Source: an uncultured delta proteobacterium (GTDB taxonomy: Bacteria; Desulfobacterota; Binatia; UBA9968). Taken from it: a DNA stretch of 64,000 nucleotides. The position numbers and the translations under genes are program-made. Shown here in pieces: positions 39,145-49,494 of the stretch; position 1 is the stretch's first letter; each line of letters opens with the position of its first letter. The DNA is taken from NCBI GenBank assembly GCA_963771465.1, contig CAVYTU010000013.1, positions 224,001 to 288,000 of the forward strand, read 5' to 3'. Below the pieces are notes generated by a model. It was not told the DNA's origin, did not search any database, and worked only from the letters and a program-made list of their open reading frames with translations.

Positions 39145-40638
39145 ATGGCTCAAACCCATTTCAATGTCGTTGAAGCGACCATCGACGACATCCACGCCGC
39201 TTTTAAATCCGGGCAGCTCACCTGCCGTCAGTTAATTCAAATGTATCTCGACCGCATCGACGCCTTCGATAAAAAAGGTCCCAACATCAATGCGCTGATC
39301 ACAGTCAACGCCGACGCGCTCAAAGAAGCGGACCGGCTCGACGCGGCATACCGATCGTCCGGCGCCGTCGGACCGCTGCACGGCATCCCGGTGATCGTCA
39401 AAGATCAAGCCGATGTCGCAGGCATGCCGACGACGCTCGGTTCCTTGCTGTTCAAAGATTATTTTCCCGATCGCGATTCATTCGTCGCCGAGAAGTTGCG
39501 CAAAGCCGGCGCGGTGATTTTAGGCAAGGCGACGCTCGGTGAGCTTGGCGGCGGCGACACGCACGGTTCGCTGTTCGGTTCGACACGCAACCCCTACGAT
39601 ATCGAGCGCACCGTCGGCGGTTCTTCCGGCGGCTCGGCTGCGTCCGTCGCGGCGAATTTCTCCACCGTCGCCGTCGGTCAGGAAGGTTTGGCATCGATCC
39701 GCCGGCCGTCCACTTGGAACTGCATCGCCGGCATGCGTCCGTCCGCCGGCTTGGTCAGCCGCGGCGGCGTCTACGGTTGCTGGCCGGAAATCTTCGGCTC
39801 CCTCGGCCCGATGGCGCGCTCGGTGAAAGATTTATCGACTTTGCTCGACGTCATGGTGGGATACGATCCCGAAGACCCGATCACGGCTCGCGGTGTCGGC
39901 CACGTTCCGGACACGTTTACGAAATTTTTAAACAAAGACGGACTTAAGGGCGCGCGCCTCGGCATCCTGCGCGAATCCATCGGTCTCAATGCCGAACCGG
40001 ACTCGGAAGACTTTAAGAAAATTGCCGAAGTTTTCGACAAAGCCGTCGGCGAACTCAAAGCCGCAGGCGCAGAGATCGTCGATCCGGTGGTGATTCCAAA
40101 TATCAAAGAGCTGCTCGCCAAACGCGCCGGCGCTCCGGGCGACACCGATGCGTCGTTCAAGAATTATTACGGCCGCAGCACCAAAGCGCCGTTCAAGACG
40201 CCAGCGGAAGCCATCGCCCATCCCGACTTCACTAAAGTCGTCAAACGCTCGCAGGATCGCTTCAAGAGAATTCCCGACCCGGCCAAGCATTACGAAAGTC
40301 TCCGAGCCCAAGACCAACTGATGACAAAGTTTTTGCAAGCGATGGCCGATCACAAACTCGACGCCATCGTGCACAAGACAGTCGAGCACCAACCGACCTT
40401 GATCAAGGACGGCATCGCGCCGCCTTTCGTCGATCAAAAAGGCGCGCCGCATTTAAATACTTTCTTAGTCTACGTGCCGACGATTACCGTGCCGGCGGGA
40501 TTCACGCGCGACAACTTGCCGTCCGGCCTGTGCTTCATCGGCCGTCCTTACGACGACGGCAATCTGATCAAATTCGCCTACGCCTACGAGCAAGCGACGC
40601 ATCACAGAAAACCGCCGGCGAGCACGACGGGACTTTAG
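39145..40638 (+). CDS. amidase signature family protein
   Basis: GPLHGIP..VKD, GGSSGGSA, SIR.PS. Confidence 0.95.
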   Translation: MAQTHFNVVEATIDDIHAAFKSGQLTCRQLIQMYLDRIDAFDKKGPNINALITVNADALKEADRLDAAYRSSGAVGPLHGIPVIVKDQADVAGMPTTLGSLLFKDYFPDRDSFVAEKLRKAGAVILGKATLGELGGGDTHGSLFGSTRNPYDIERTVGGSSGGSAASVAANFSTVAVGQEGLASIRRPSTWNCIAGMRPSAGLVSRGGVYGCWPEIFGSLGPMARSVKDLSTLLDVMVGYDPEDPITARGVGHVPDTFTKFLNKDGLKGARLGILRESIGLNAEPDSEDFKKIAEVFDKAVGELKAAGAEIVDPVVIPNIKELLAKRAGAPGDTDASFKNYYGRSTKAPFKTPAEAIAHPDFTKVVKRSQDRFKRIPDPAKHYESLRAQDQLMTKFLQAMADHKLDAIVHKTVEHQPTLIKDGIAPPFVDQKGAPHLNTFLVYVPTITVPAGFTRDNLPSGLCFIGRPYDDGNLIKFAYAYEQATHHRKPPASTTGL

Positions 40639-40661
40639 TGAAAGTAGACTAGGCGGGAGAT

Positions 40662-40730
40662 TCGTGACTGGTGCTCGTGGTTCGTGTTCGTCCCGATACG
40701 AGCACGATCACGAGGCACGAGCACGTTTTT
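40662..40730. repeat. TCGTGY-based imperfect inverted repeat; probable bidirectional terminator
   Basis: CTCGTGGTTCGTGTTCGT-loop-ACGAGCACGATCACGAG...TTTTT between convergent genes. Confidence 0.65.
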
Positions 40731-40731
40731 C

Positions 40732-41805
40732 CTACAGCGCGAACAGCGCTTTCGGATTATCGTAAGTGATCTTGCCGTACTGAGCTTCGCTGATGGTGCC
40801 AAGTTTTTTTAAATTACGCAGTGCTTCCACTTCGGTGGACTGATCGTTGTGGCCGTAGTCGGTGCCGATGGTGATATTTTCTTCGCCGGCGTAGCGCAGC
40901 ACGTAGTCGACATCGTCGTCGGTCTGGCAGGAAACGTATTGACGGTAAGCTTTGAGGGGATTCTCCGGCAGATCTCTTTTCTGAGTCGCCCAGCGGCGCT
41001 GTAAATCTTTCACCACATAGGGCACCCATTGGGCCGCAGCTTCGGCCCAGTGAAAGCGCAGTTGCGGAAACAGTCGCGGCACCTCGCTCATGATCACCGA
41101 ATGAAACGCGCCGATCACCGGCAAGCGAAACTTCCAGAAACTGCCGCCGCCGTTATACTGCGACACCAGGTCGAGGTTTTGCGGACTGCCGTTGCCGACA
41201 TGCACGCCGACGGCCACGTTAAGTAAGCTCATCGCTTCGTAGAGCGGATAAAAATAAGGGTCGGTGATCATGCGCTGTCCTTCGATGCCGCGCATGAACA
41301 CGCCGCAGGCGCCATGCTGCTGGCAGAATTTAAGCTCTTCGAGCGCCGCGCTCATGTCGAGCAAGGGCAGCACACATATCCAGCGCAGCCGTCCTTGGCC
41401 TTGGCGGTGAATGTCGGCGAGCCAGCGATTGTAACCCTGGCAGATGGCGACTTCCCAAGCCGGCTTGTCGCTGATCTGTTCGATGAACATGGTGGGGTAG
41501 AGCACTTGCACGTCGATGCCAAGCTCATCCATGTGGCTGAGCCGCGCCGCGACGTTTTCCATCTCGCGGGTTTCACGCGGCGTGTTCATCACCCGGCCGG
41601 TTCGATGGGCGACTTCGTCCATATCCTTCGCGGTCATCACGGCGCGCACCAAGCCGCGAATCTTGCCGTCGATAAACCAATACTCGGCGCTGCCGGCGCC
41701 GCGCGGCTTGACGATCACCGGGCGATACTTTTGATCCGACGATGCCATGAAATCCCAAGTATGCTCCGACTCGACCACATGAGCATCGGAATCAATGGTT
41801 GGCAT
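40732..41805 (-). CDS. amidohydrolase_2 family protein
   Basis: IDSDAHV, MDELGID.QVLYPT, YNRWLAD, GTDYGH. Confidence 0.92.
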   Translation of the reverse strand: MPTIDSDAHVVESEHTWDFMASSDQKYRPVIVKPRGAGSAEYWFIDGKIRGLVRAVMTAKDMDEVAHRTGRVMNTPRETREMENVAARLSHMDELGIDVQVLYPTMFIEQISDKPAWEVAICQGYNRWLADIHRQGQGRLRWICVLPLLDMSAALEELKFCQQHGACGVFMRGIEGQRMITDPYFYPLYEAMSLLNVAVGVHVGNGSPQNLDLVSQYNGGGSFWKFRLPVIGAFHSVIMSEVPRLFPQLRFHWAEAAAQWVPYVVKDLQRRWATQKRDLPENPLKAYRQYVSCQTDDDVDYVLRYAGEENITIGTDYGHNDQSTEVEALRNLKKLGTISEAQYGKITYDNPKALFAL

Positions 41806-41854
41806 ATGGACCTCTTTTTGCGCCGTTTGCGTTCGTTGCGGCGTAATAATTTTC

Positions 41855-42898
41855 TCACGCGCCCAACGCAGGTATGACTTTGTTGCCGAACAGTTCGAGG
41901 GAGTGCATCACCTGCTCGTGCTTCAAGCCGCCAAATTGAAACATGCCGACCAAGCTGTCCGGTTGGGCCGTCTCGATCATCGCGCGCGCCTTGGTAATCA
42001 CTGTTTCGGGACTGCCGATCAACGACGTGCCCCATTCGTCCAATCGCGCAACCGTGAGGCCGCCGGGATAATAAACGTAACGCTCGGTAAACCTAATCAA
42101 GTCGTCGCCCGATAGCGAATCGCCACGCCAAAAGTTTTCCGTCGCCAATTGCCAAAAGCGCATGAGCTCCGGCACCGCTTCCCGCCGCGCTTGCTCGTCT
42201 GTGTCGGCGACGTAAATATCGCGCACCATGATCGTGTCGCCCTTGCCGCTTAGGTCGGCGTGCTTCGCGCGCTCGGCGCGATAGGTTGAAATCGCCTTCG
42301 TGCAATTGGCTAGCGGCTGGCGCGACAACGCGAGATTCCAACCGTTGCGCGCCACCATCGCCGGGCTGTCCGGCGAGGTCGCGCCGTAATAGATCGGCGG
42401 ATGGGGTTTTTGCAACGGCTGTGGCCGGCAGGAGATCTCTTCATAGCCCCAAGCCTTGCCGGAGTAACTGAACGTCTCACCGCTCCACGCACGCGTGAGA
42501 ATTTCGATGCCTTCTTCGAAGCGCGCCTGGGCGGTGTCGCGGTCGAGCCGGTGCTTCATGTCGTCTTTGGGCACGCCGCGGCCCAAGCCGATATTGAGCC
42601 GCCCGCCGGTGAGTATATCCAACATGGCGCACTCTTCGGCGAGACGCATCGGGTCATGAAGCGGCAGAGCATTGACCAGATTGCCGAAGCGCAGCCGCTC
42701 GGTGCGGCTCGCCAAGGCGGCGATGATCAAATTTGGCGACGCCAACAGGCCGTAGTCGGAATGATGATGCTCAGCGAACCAAGCTTCGTTAAAGCCCAGG
42801 CGCTCGGTAAACTCGATCTGCGCAAGTAACTCCTCGAATGCTTGCCGCTCAGCAACCTTCGGTCGCGCTTGGTTGTAACTAAAAGTGCCGAATCGCAT
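41855..42898 (-). CDS. LLM class flavin-dependent oxidoreductase
   Basis: WFAEHH, P.RLAEE.A.LD.L.GGR...GLGRG, P.PLQKPHPP. Confidence 0.93.
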   Translation of the reverse strand: MRFGTFSYNQARPKVAERQAFEELLAQIEFTERLGFNEAWFAEHHHSDYGLLASPNLIIAALASRTERLRFGNLVNALPLHDPMRLAEECAMLDILTGGRLNIGLGRGVPKDDMKHRLDRDTAQARFEEGIEILTRAWSGETFSYSGKAWGYEEISCRPQPLQKPHPPIYYGATSPDSPAMVARNGWNLALSRQPLANCTKAISTYRAERAKHADLSGKGDTIMVRDIYVADTDEQARREAVPELMRFWQLATENFWRGDSLSGDDLIRFTERYVYYPGGLTVARLDEWGTSLIGSPETVITKARAMIETAQPDSLVGMFQFGGLKHEQVMHSLELFGNKVIPALGA

Positions 42899-42944
42899 GC
42901 GCCAATCCCCCTATTTCATTCAGCCCCGATTCCACTGATCGATC

Positions 42945-42968
42945 GCGAGCACGAACACGAGGAACGAT
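42945..42968. repeat. TCGTGY hexamer array on the minus strand
   Basis: CGAGCACGAACACGAGGAACGA, just after the stop of the minus-strand gene. Confidence 0.45.
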
Positions 42969-42977
42969 CCCGACTTT

Positions 42978-44048
42978 TCACAACGGCGGCGCTTTGACGA
43001 TGGTCGTCCCATCGATACTTGGAATCGTCGGCCGGCCGCACTTGGCCATGGTAATTTCCATTTCTTCGCGCAGTATGTCCAATACCCGAATCACGCCTTT
43101 CTCACCGTCCACTGCCAAGCCCCAAAACAACGGCCGGCCAATGAAAACGGCTTTTGCGCCTAGAGCGATGGCTTTCACCACGTCGGCGCCGCGGCGAATG
43201 CCGCCGTCGAGATAAATTTCCAGCTTGCCCTTGGCCGCGGCGACCGCTTCGGACAGCACTTCAACGGTCGCCAGGGTGTTATCCAAGTGGCGTCCGCCAT
43301 GATTAGAAACAATCACGCCGGCGGCGCCGACTTCGGCGCAAAGTTCCACGTCTTCGCCGGTCATGATCCCTTTGGCGACCACCGGCAGATCGGCGGCAGC
43401 TCTGATCCATTCCAAATCTTTCCAGGTCGCCGCCGGATCGGAGCCCGCGCCGCGGCCGGCGGGCCGCGGCGCATCGGCATGCTCACTGCTTCCGGCGTAA
43501 TTGACGCCTCGCGTGCGGCGATATTGGTTACGAATATTGCGCTCGCGTTTGGGCGGCCACTGGGAATCCAAGGTGACGACGACGGCCTTGTAGCCGTTCG
43601 CCTTGGCGCGTTTGAGCCAGTCTTTAGTCAGTTCTTTGTCGCGGAAAGGATACATCTGTACCCACAGATTACCTGGCGCTGCATTGGCCAGCGCTTCAAA
43701 TGACGTGTTGGAGTTCGCGCTCACCGCGAGGATCGTGCCGCAGGCCGTGGCGGCGCGGTAGGTCGCGAGCTCGCCTTCCGGATGCGCCCGTTTATGGCCG
43801 CCGCAGGGCGCGATCAGCACGGGTAATTTCACTCTGACACCGAGCACTTCGGTGGATAGATCGAGGGCGCTCACGTCGCGCAACACGCGCGGCCGAAATG
43901 CCCACGAGGCATAGGCGCGGCGGTTACGGTCGACGCTGATCTCATCGGTGGCACCGCCGGCGATGTAATCGTATTCCGCTTTAGGCAAACGCTCCTTGGC
44001 GATTGCCTCGAAATCGAAAAGATTGATTGGTTCGGTAAAAATACTCAT
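42978..44048 (-). CDS. FMN-dependent alpha-hydroxy acid oxidase/dehydrogenase
   Basis: YIAGGA, VSNHGGR, DGGIRRG.DVVKA.ALGA. Confidence 0.95.
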   Translation of the reverse strand: MSIFTEPINLFDFEAIAKERLPKAEYDYIAGGATDEISVDRNRRAYASWAFRPRVLRDVSALDLSTEVLGVRVKLPVLIAPCGGHKRAHPEGELATYRAATACGTILAVSANSNTSFEALANAAPGNLWVQMYPFRDKELTKDWLKRAKANGYKAVVVTLDSQWPPKRERNIRNQYRRTRGVNYAGSSEHADAPRPAGRGAGSDPAATWKDLEWIRAAADLPVVAKGIMTGEDVELCAEVGAAGVIVSNHGGRHLDNTLATVEVLSEAVAAAKGKLEIYLDGGIRRGADVVKAIALGAKAVFIGRPLFWGLAVDGEKGVIRVLDILREEMEITMAKCGRPTIPSIDGTTIVKAPPL

Positions 44049-44140
44049 TCACCCTCCAGGTTCGACATCACGCGATGTTGCTATCGCGTGCCGAGCTATT
44101 CCATATCGCGTCTCGAGCCATCGGTCCAGAGAACCGTTGG

Positions 44141-45154
44141 TCACTTCGAACGGTTGGGTTTGTCATGGCACAGCGCGCTGCCGCGATCGCTAAAGGGTCG
44201 GCCGGCGACGGCAACGAACTCCCACTCGTAACGGGTTGGGTGAAGGGTAAACTTGATCACGCCATGACTGGTCGTGTCACGTACCTCGCTATGGAGCTTG
44301 ATGGCGCCGATTTTGTATAGCGCGGCGCCGCCGGTGCCGACGACGAAGTGGCGCATGCCGCGCGGATCGGCATTGCCGCCGGTATTCAATCGTCCAAAGC
44401 GTTCGTAAATATGATCGTGGCCGGCGACGGCGACGTCCACGGAGTGGCGGAAAAGAATTTCGACCAGATTTCGCATATGCGGATGGTTGCCGTGATTCTT
44501 GCCCGAGCTGACGAACGGATGATGCCAATAGGCGAGCGTGCAATTGGCGCGATTCGCAGCCAAGTCCTGGCGCAGCCATTGTTCCTGCTCTTTGCCCCAG
44601 GTCGCCGCATTGACGTTGCTGTTGAGCGATAGAATATGCCAGGCGCCGAGATCGTAGCTATAGAAGCCGCGTCCTGGGGGGCCGGCATTGGCGCCGAAGT
44701 ATTTGAAGTAAGGCGCCGCTTGAGCCGATTCGTAATCGTGATTTCCCGGCGCCGGACGGGTGCGCTGGCGATGGCGTCCCCAGCTCGAGCCGTAACACTC
44801 GATAAATTCTTGCGCCGTGCCTCTGGCGTAAGCGTTGTCGCCGGCGGTGAAAACCGTGCCGGGAATCTTGTCCAAAAGTTTCGCCGTCGCTTCCGCCCGG
44901 TCGCTGTCGCAACTGGCGATATCGCCGGCGCCGACTAACACCTGAGATTCAATTTGTGCCGCTTGAACGCTTGCCAGGATCAGGAGCGAAATGATGAAAG
45001 CGCAAATCAAGCCGGGACGGTGCCACGGGGATTTTCCTAGCGAAAAAAACGGGGACCGGGAGGAAAATTCCCAAGTCCCCGTAGTCGCGAGAAACAATTG
45101 CTTCACTCGGTGTTTGCGCTGCCTATCCAGATGGTTTTCTAAGCAAGCTCTCAA
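44141..45154 (-). CDS. secreted metallophosphoesterase (purple-acid/alkaline phosphatase-like); start uncertain
   Basis: GAGDI, GDNAY, PGNHDY, HHP, GHDH.YER. Confidence 0.88.
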   Translation of the reverse strand: MRACLENHLDRQRKHRVKQLFLATTGTWEFSSRSPFFSLGKSPWHRPGLICAFIISLLILASVQAAQIESQVLVGAGDIASCDSDRAEATAKLLDKIPGTVFTAGDNAYARGTAQEFIECYGSSWGRHRQRTRPAPGNHDYESAQAAPYFKYFGANAGPPGRGFYSYDLGAWHILSLNSNVNAATWGKEQEQWLRQDLAANRANCTLAYWHHPFVSSGKNHGNHPHMRNLVEILFRHSVDVAVAGHDHIYERFGRLNTGGNADPRGMRHFVVGTGGAALYKIGAIKLHSEVRDTTSHGVIKFTLHPTRYEWEFVAVAGRPFSDRGSALCHDKPNRSK

Positions 45155-45222
45155 TAGCTACTGTAATGGTTAGGCGACGATTATTCAAAGCGCTGTGCAT
45201 ACCGATCACGACGTGGCGTCGG

Positions 45223-46491
45223 TCAAGCGACGCGCATCGCGCTTACGGTGGCACGAGATCCCATGCGCGTTGTGCCTAAGTGTTTGGCGCGCGCGACGGC
45301 TTCCTGAATGATCGCGCGGTAACCTTGAACCGCTTTGTCGAGGGAGAAGCGCCGGGCGATTTTCTCCCGCCCGCGCAGACCCAATGCGGCGAGCCGTTGG
45401 GGTTGCGCGAGCAGCTTTAACACCGCGCCGGCAAACCCTTCGGCATCTTCCGGGTCAAACAGCAGGCCGTCATATTTGTCGGTAATCACCTCGGGAACGA
45501 AGCAGCGATTCGACGCCAACACCGGCACACCGGCGGCCATGGAGTCGAACAGCGCCCAGTTGCCGGCGCCTTCGAAGAGCGGAAAGAGAATCACGTCGAG
45601 CGCCTGCACATGTTTGATAAAACTTTCGTGGGCGAGAAAGGGTTTGAAATGAAAAGCTTGATCAGGTAGCGCGCCGGCCGCCAGCACATGCTGCTTGAAT
45701 GACTTGCCGTCGAGATACGACAATTCATTGCCGTAAATCGTCGCCTCGTCGCCGATCACGAGAAAGCGCGCGTCGGGACGGGCGCGGTGAATCGCGCCGG
45801 CGGCGCGATAGAAAATATCGAAGCCGCGCACCGCTTCCAAGGTCCGACCGGCAAATCCGATCAGCGGCGCGGTTTCATCCATGCCCAACGCGCGCCGGAG
45901 CGCGCGCTTGTCGTTGGGCAATGGCGGCAGCGCAAAGCCTTCCGCCTGGACTCGCACTTTAGGCTGTAACTCGCGCGGAAAGAGCCGCTTGGCATGTCGC
46001 GACGGCACGACACAGAGATCGGCGTCAAGCACGCTCGCATGAATCAGCGCCCGCAGCGACGCATCCATCATCGTCTGGGGCGCTTGGGCGGGAAAATCGT
46101 CGCGCGCGAAAACCGGATAATAGCCCGGCAGCTCAACGTAAGCGACCACCGGCACGCCCAAGAGTTGGCGGGCAAAAAATGTGCTGCCGAAGGACGCGTG
46201 GCCGACCACGACGTCGACGCCGGCCGAGTTTTTAATGTGCGCCAACGCTTCGGCCGCCGCCTGGCCGCAGCGAATGCCCTCTTCGAGACACTGTGAAATA
46301 TAGTTGCCGGATAGCGCCGTCGCGCTCTCGCGATAGCCGTAATAGGCCATGGACGGTTGGTCGCGCCGCACCGAATCGGCGAACTCGTCGCGCACCAGAC
46401 AGGCGCAATCCCAACCGGCCATTTCCGCCAAGCCTTGAGCGATCCGGGTAAACTGGTTGGGATGGGACGGATGAACAAAAACAACTTTCAT
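45223..46491 (-). CDS. GT4 family glycosyltransferase
   Basis: N-terminal FVHPSHPNQF, 'R.LE..RGF', 'EG......SMAAGVPV'. Confidence 0.9.
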   Translation of the reverse strand: MKVVFVHPSHPNQFTRIAQGLAEMAGWDCACLVRDEFADSVRRDQPSMAYYGYRESATALSGNYISQCLEEGIRCGQAAAEALAHIKNSAGVDVVVGHASFGSTFFARQLLGVPVVAYVELPGYYPVFARDDFPAQAPQTMMDASLRALIHASVLDADLCVVPSRHAKRLFPRELQPKVRVQAEGFALPPLPNDKRALRRALGMDETAPLIGFAGRTLEAVRGFDIFYRAAGAIHRARPDARFLVIGDEATIYGNELSYLDGKSFKQHVLAAGALPDQAFHFKPFLAHESFIKHVQALDVILFPLFEGAGNWALFDSMAAGVPVLASNRCFVPEVITDKYDGLLFDPEDAEGFAGAVLKLLAQPQRLAALGLRGREKIARRFSLDKAVQGYRAIIQEAVARAKHLGTTRMGSRATVSAMRVA

Positions 46492-46752
46492 AATCTTTAG
46501 CGAGCCACTTTCATCCCGGATGCCCAGTTGAAATTGAAGCAGCGAGCGAGGCGCGATCCTTCCGTAGTGAAGACAATGGGCCTGTGCCTCTGAGCAGGCA
46601 ATCGACAGGGTTACCCAGCGAGCAATTCTTGGTAGCCATTGGAGCGGCTTGCCAATCCGGCAAGATGACTTTGCAACCGCAGCGTTGGGTGTCTTCACTA
46701 CTCCAGGATCCCGCCTCGACGGAGGCAATTACCTCAACTGCGGAATCCGGGT

Positions 46753-49388
46753 TCATTCGCTCAGCCGCTTGGCCTCGGCGATCAACGCGCGGGCGCGGGC
46801 TTCACTGCGCAAGCCGAGGGTGGCCATGACGTCCCGCGGCGCCGCTTTCGCCAGCGCCGGCAAGTCATCGATCCCCGCCGCCGACAGCTTTTTGGCTTGC
46901 GCCGGGCGCAGGCTGGTGATTTGCGCGAAAGGATTGGCCGCCCGCCGGCGCGTGGCGCCACCGGGCCGCGGCGGCACGATGACGGTAGGCGCAGTGACAT
47001 CCCTTATCACTCCGCCACCGCCGCCGACTAACGTCGGCGGCAGTCGCGTGATCGTCGGACCAATGATCGTCGGCCGGGTCACGATGGTCGCCGTGAATGT
47101 TGGAAACGTCGCGGTCAGAGTCGGCACCGTCAAGGTGAGTGTGGGTGTCGTCACGGTCGGCGAAGGTGGCGGCGCGATCAGCCAGAACCACATCTCAAGG
47201 TCGCCGCCGCGCCGGCCATCACCGCTCGGTAGTTTGATATTGGTATTGCCTGCCGCCGCGGTTTGCGTGCCGAACACTTCGCCGTCGAGGTACAAGTCGG
47301 CGTCGCTCTGGGCCCAGATAAAATTACCTTTGAGAGTCAAACGCGCCAGCACGCGCTCGCCGCGCTTGAGCTCGGTCATCATTTGAAACAGCCGCCCAAC
47401 GAGCCACGCGGTGGCCTCGCGGCTCGGCCGCCAGAAGATCGACGCGTTATCGCTGTTGACCTCGGCCTCCAGGTCGAGCTTGGTGAAGCCGATCACGGAT
47501 GAACCCCACAGCTGCATGTCGGCGCTGTTAAACGGGAAGGGCATGTCCAGTGTCACTATGCAGACCGGTTTGTCGCGCACGCTGCCCTGAAATAGATCGC
47601 CGTCGCAGTCGACGCGGATGCCGTTGGCCAATTGGGTCACGGTGACATTGGTATCGTTGAGTAGTGGAGCGTTCGCAACGTTGATGCCTTTGACGTGAAT
47701 CCCCGGCTCGATGCCGCCGGCCTGGGCCAATGCTGCGTTAAAGCGCACCGGCAGATGCGAGCCGTCCGCCAATCGCGCTTCGACCTGCTGGCTTGGGTTG
47801 CTCTGATCCAAAGTCCAGTTGCAAGAAGCGACGCCTAAATTATCGGTGACAATGGTGATGTCGCTGCCATTCGAAGTTCCCGCAGCTAAATTGCCATTGC
47901 CTCCGGTGATGTGAAAATTCACCCGCGCGCCGATCACCGGCCATTTGCCATTGGCCACGCCGACTTGAATCGGCTTTGCTAGCGTCTGCCCGGGCAGCGC
48001 CTCTTGGCCGTCGCCGCTGAGGTAAAACAAACTGATGAGCTCGGTGAGCGGTGGAAATATCGGCCGGCAGTCGGTAATCGTCCCGTTGGTTTCGATGATC
48101 GCGAGTTTGCAAAAGTGATGATGGATGCCGGCGGGAGCGGCTTGATCGAGCTTTTCGATATCGGCATCGGCGGTGCGCGCGGCAAAACACCAGTAGTCGC
48201 CGCTGTGCGCCGCGCCGCCGGCCACGGTGTTGAGAGTCACCTGAATGCCATGCTCCAGGATAAAAGTCGGATCGGCGGCGGTCAGCGGAATCAAGCCATC
48301 GGTGCTGAGATCCAAATTCACCAGACGTCGAGCCATCCGGCCGGCGCACGATGGCCGACTGATCCCAACGAATCACGCGCAAATGATTTTCCGCAATGCG
48401 CCGCGCCTTGGGGAAATTCCGTGGCCGGCAGCGCCGGCGTGAACGTCAAAGTCTGATTCGAATCGTCAACAGTCACTTTGCGCATCTCGCCCGGCAGTCC
48501 GCCAAATTCCCGCAGGTCGCTGGTGATTTCGACCCAATCGCCGGTCTTGAAACGCAGCACGTCATCGCGGCCAAGGCTCTCGACCTTCAAACCGGTTCGT
48601 CCCGGCAGAATTTCGATGATCTGGCCGGCGACGTTGGCGTTCTCACGCGACCACTTGAGCCGCACCGTGGCGCCGCTGACGCTGTGCACTTCAACTCGAT
48701 AGAGATGATTTTCCAAACCGCGATAGCCGCCGCTGGGCGGCACCAGGCAGGGATCGGGTTCGCTTGTCACTGCCACGGTGGCGGTGGTCAGGCGCGCCGC
48801 CGAAGGCAAATTGCCGCTCGGCCAATTGCCGACTTCGGTGAGCGGCGTCTGACAGGTGACGTTGCTGGCAATGTTGCTGAGCAGCTTCACTTGCCAGGCA
48901 GTTTGCTGGCGCGTCGTGGTATCGACGTTGACCGCCGGCTCGATCAATCCGGGCTCCTGCAGGTGGCCGACCTCGCGGCGCCAGACATCCACATAGACCA
49001 GCGAACGGACGGTGCTAGGCGCGCTCACCGGCCCGGCGCCGTAGGGCTGGGCGGCGATCGCCAGCGGCGCGGTGCCGTATTTTTCCTCGAGTGTCGGGTT
49101 GAACGCGCGATTGGCGCCGTGATTTTCGGCGAGATAGCCGTCGACGTAGATGCGTCCCTGGCCGATGGTTAATTGGCCAGCGGAAAGTTGCATCTTGAAC
49201 CCATCGGGAGTTTCGCGCGGCACGCCGCAGCGGCCGACGACGTCGATGGTCTCCGCGCGCCAGCGGCGGTCCAAGAGATCGACGTACTCGTTCCACTCGG
49301 CATCGAGGTCGACTCTTCCCTGTTGTTTGAGTACGCCTTGGTAATGCTTTTCCGGATTGAATCGCTTACGGCTATAGTCACCACTCAT
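46753..49388 (-). CDS. eCIS DUF6519 domain protein (putative fibre), two frameshifts
   Basis: MSGDYSR...QQGRVDLDAEWNE, GGYRGLEN.LYRVE, KWSREN, GDYWCF.AR; shifts at about 48405 and 48325 via 'LRVIRWDQ'. Confidence 0.85.
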
Positions 49389-49444
49389 GAGATCATCTCC
49401 TTCCCGATGTTAGCAACGCAGCGCAGCGGCTAAGGATTGTCGTG

Positions 49445-49490
49445 TTGGAATAGTAGGGTGCTGATCCGGCCCTTTCATTACTCCAACCTT
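49445..49490. repeat. degenerate copy of the TGGAGTAA/TTACTCCA octamer inverted repeat
   Basis: TGTTGGAATA...TTACTCCAAC. Confidence 0.35.
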
Positions 49491-49494
49491 GCCG

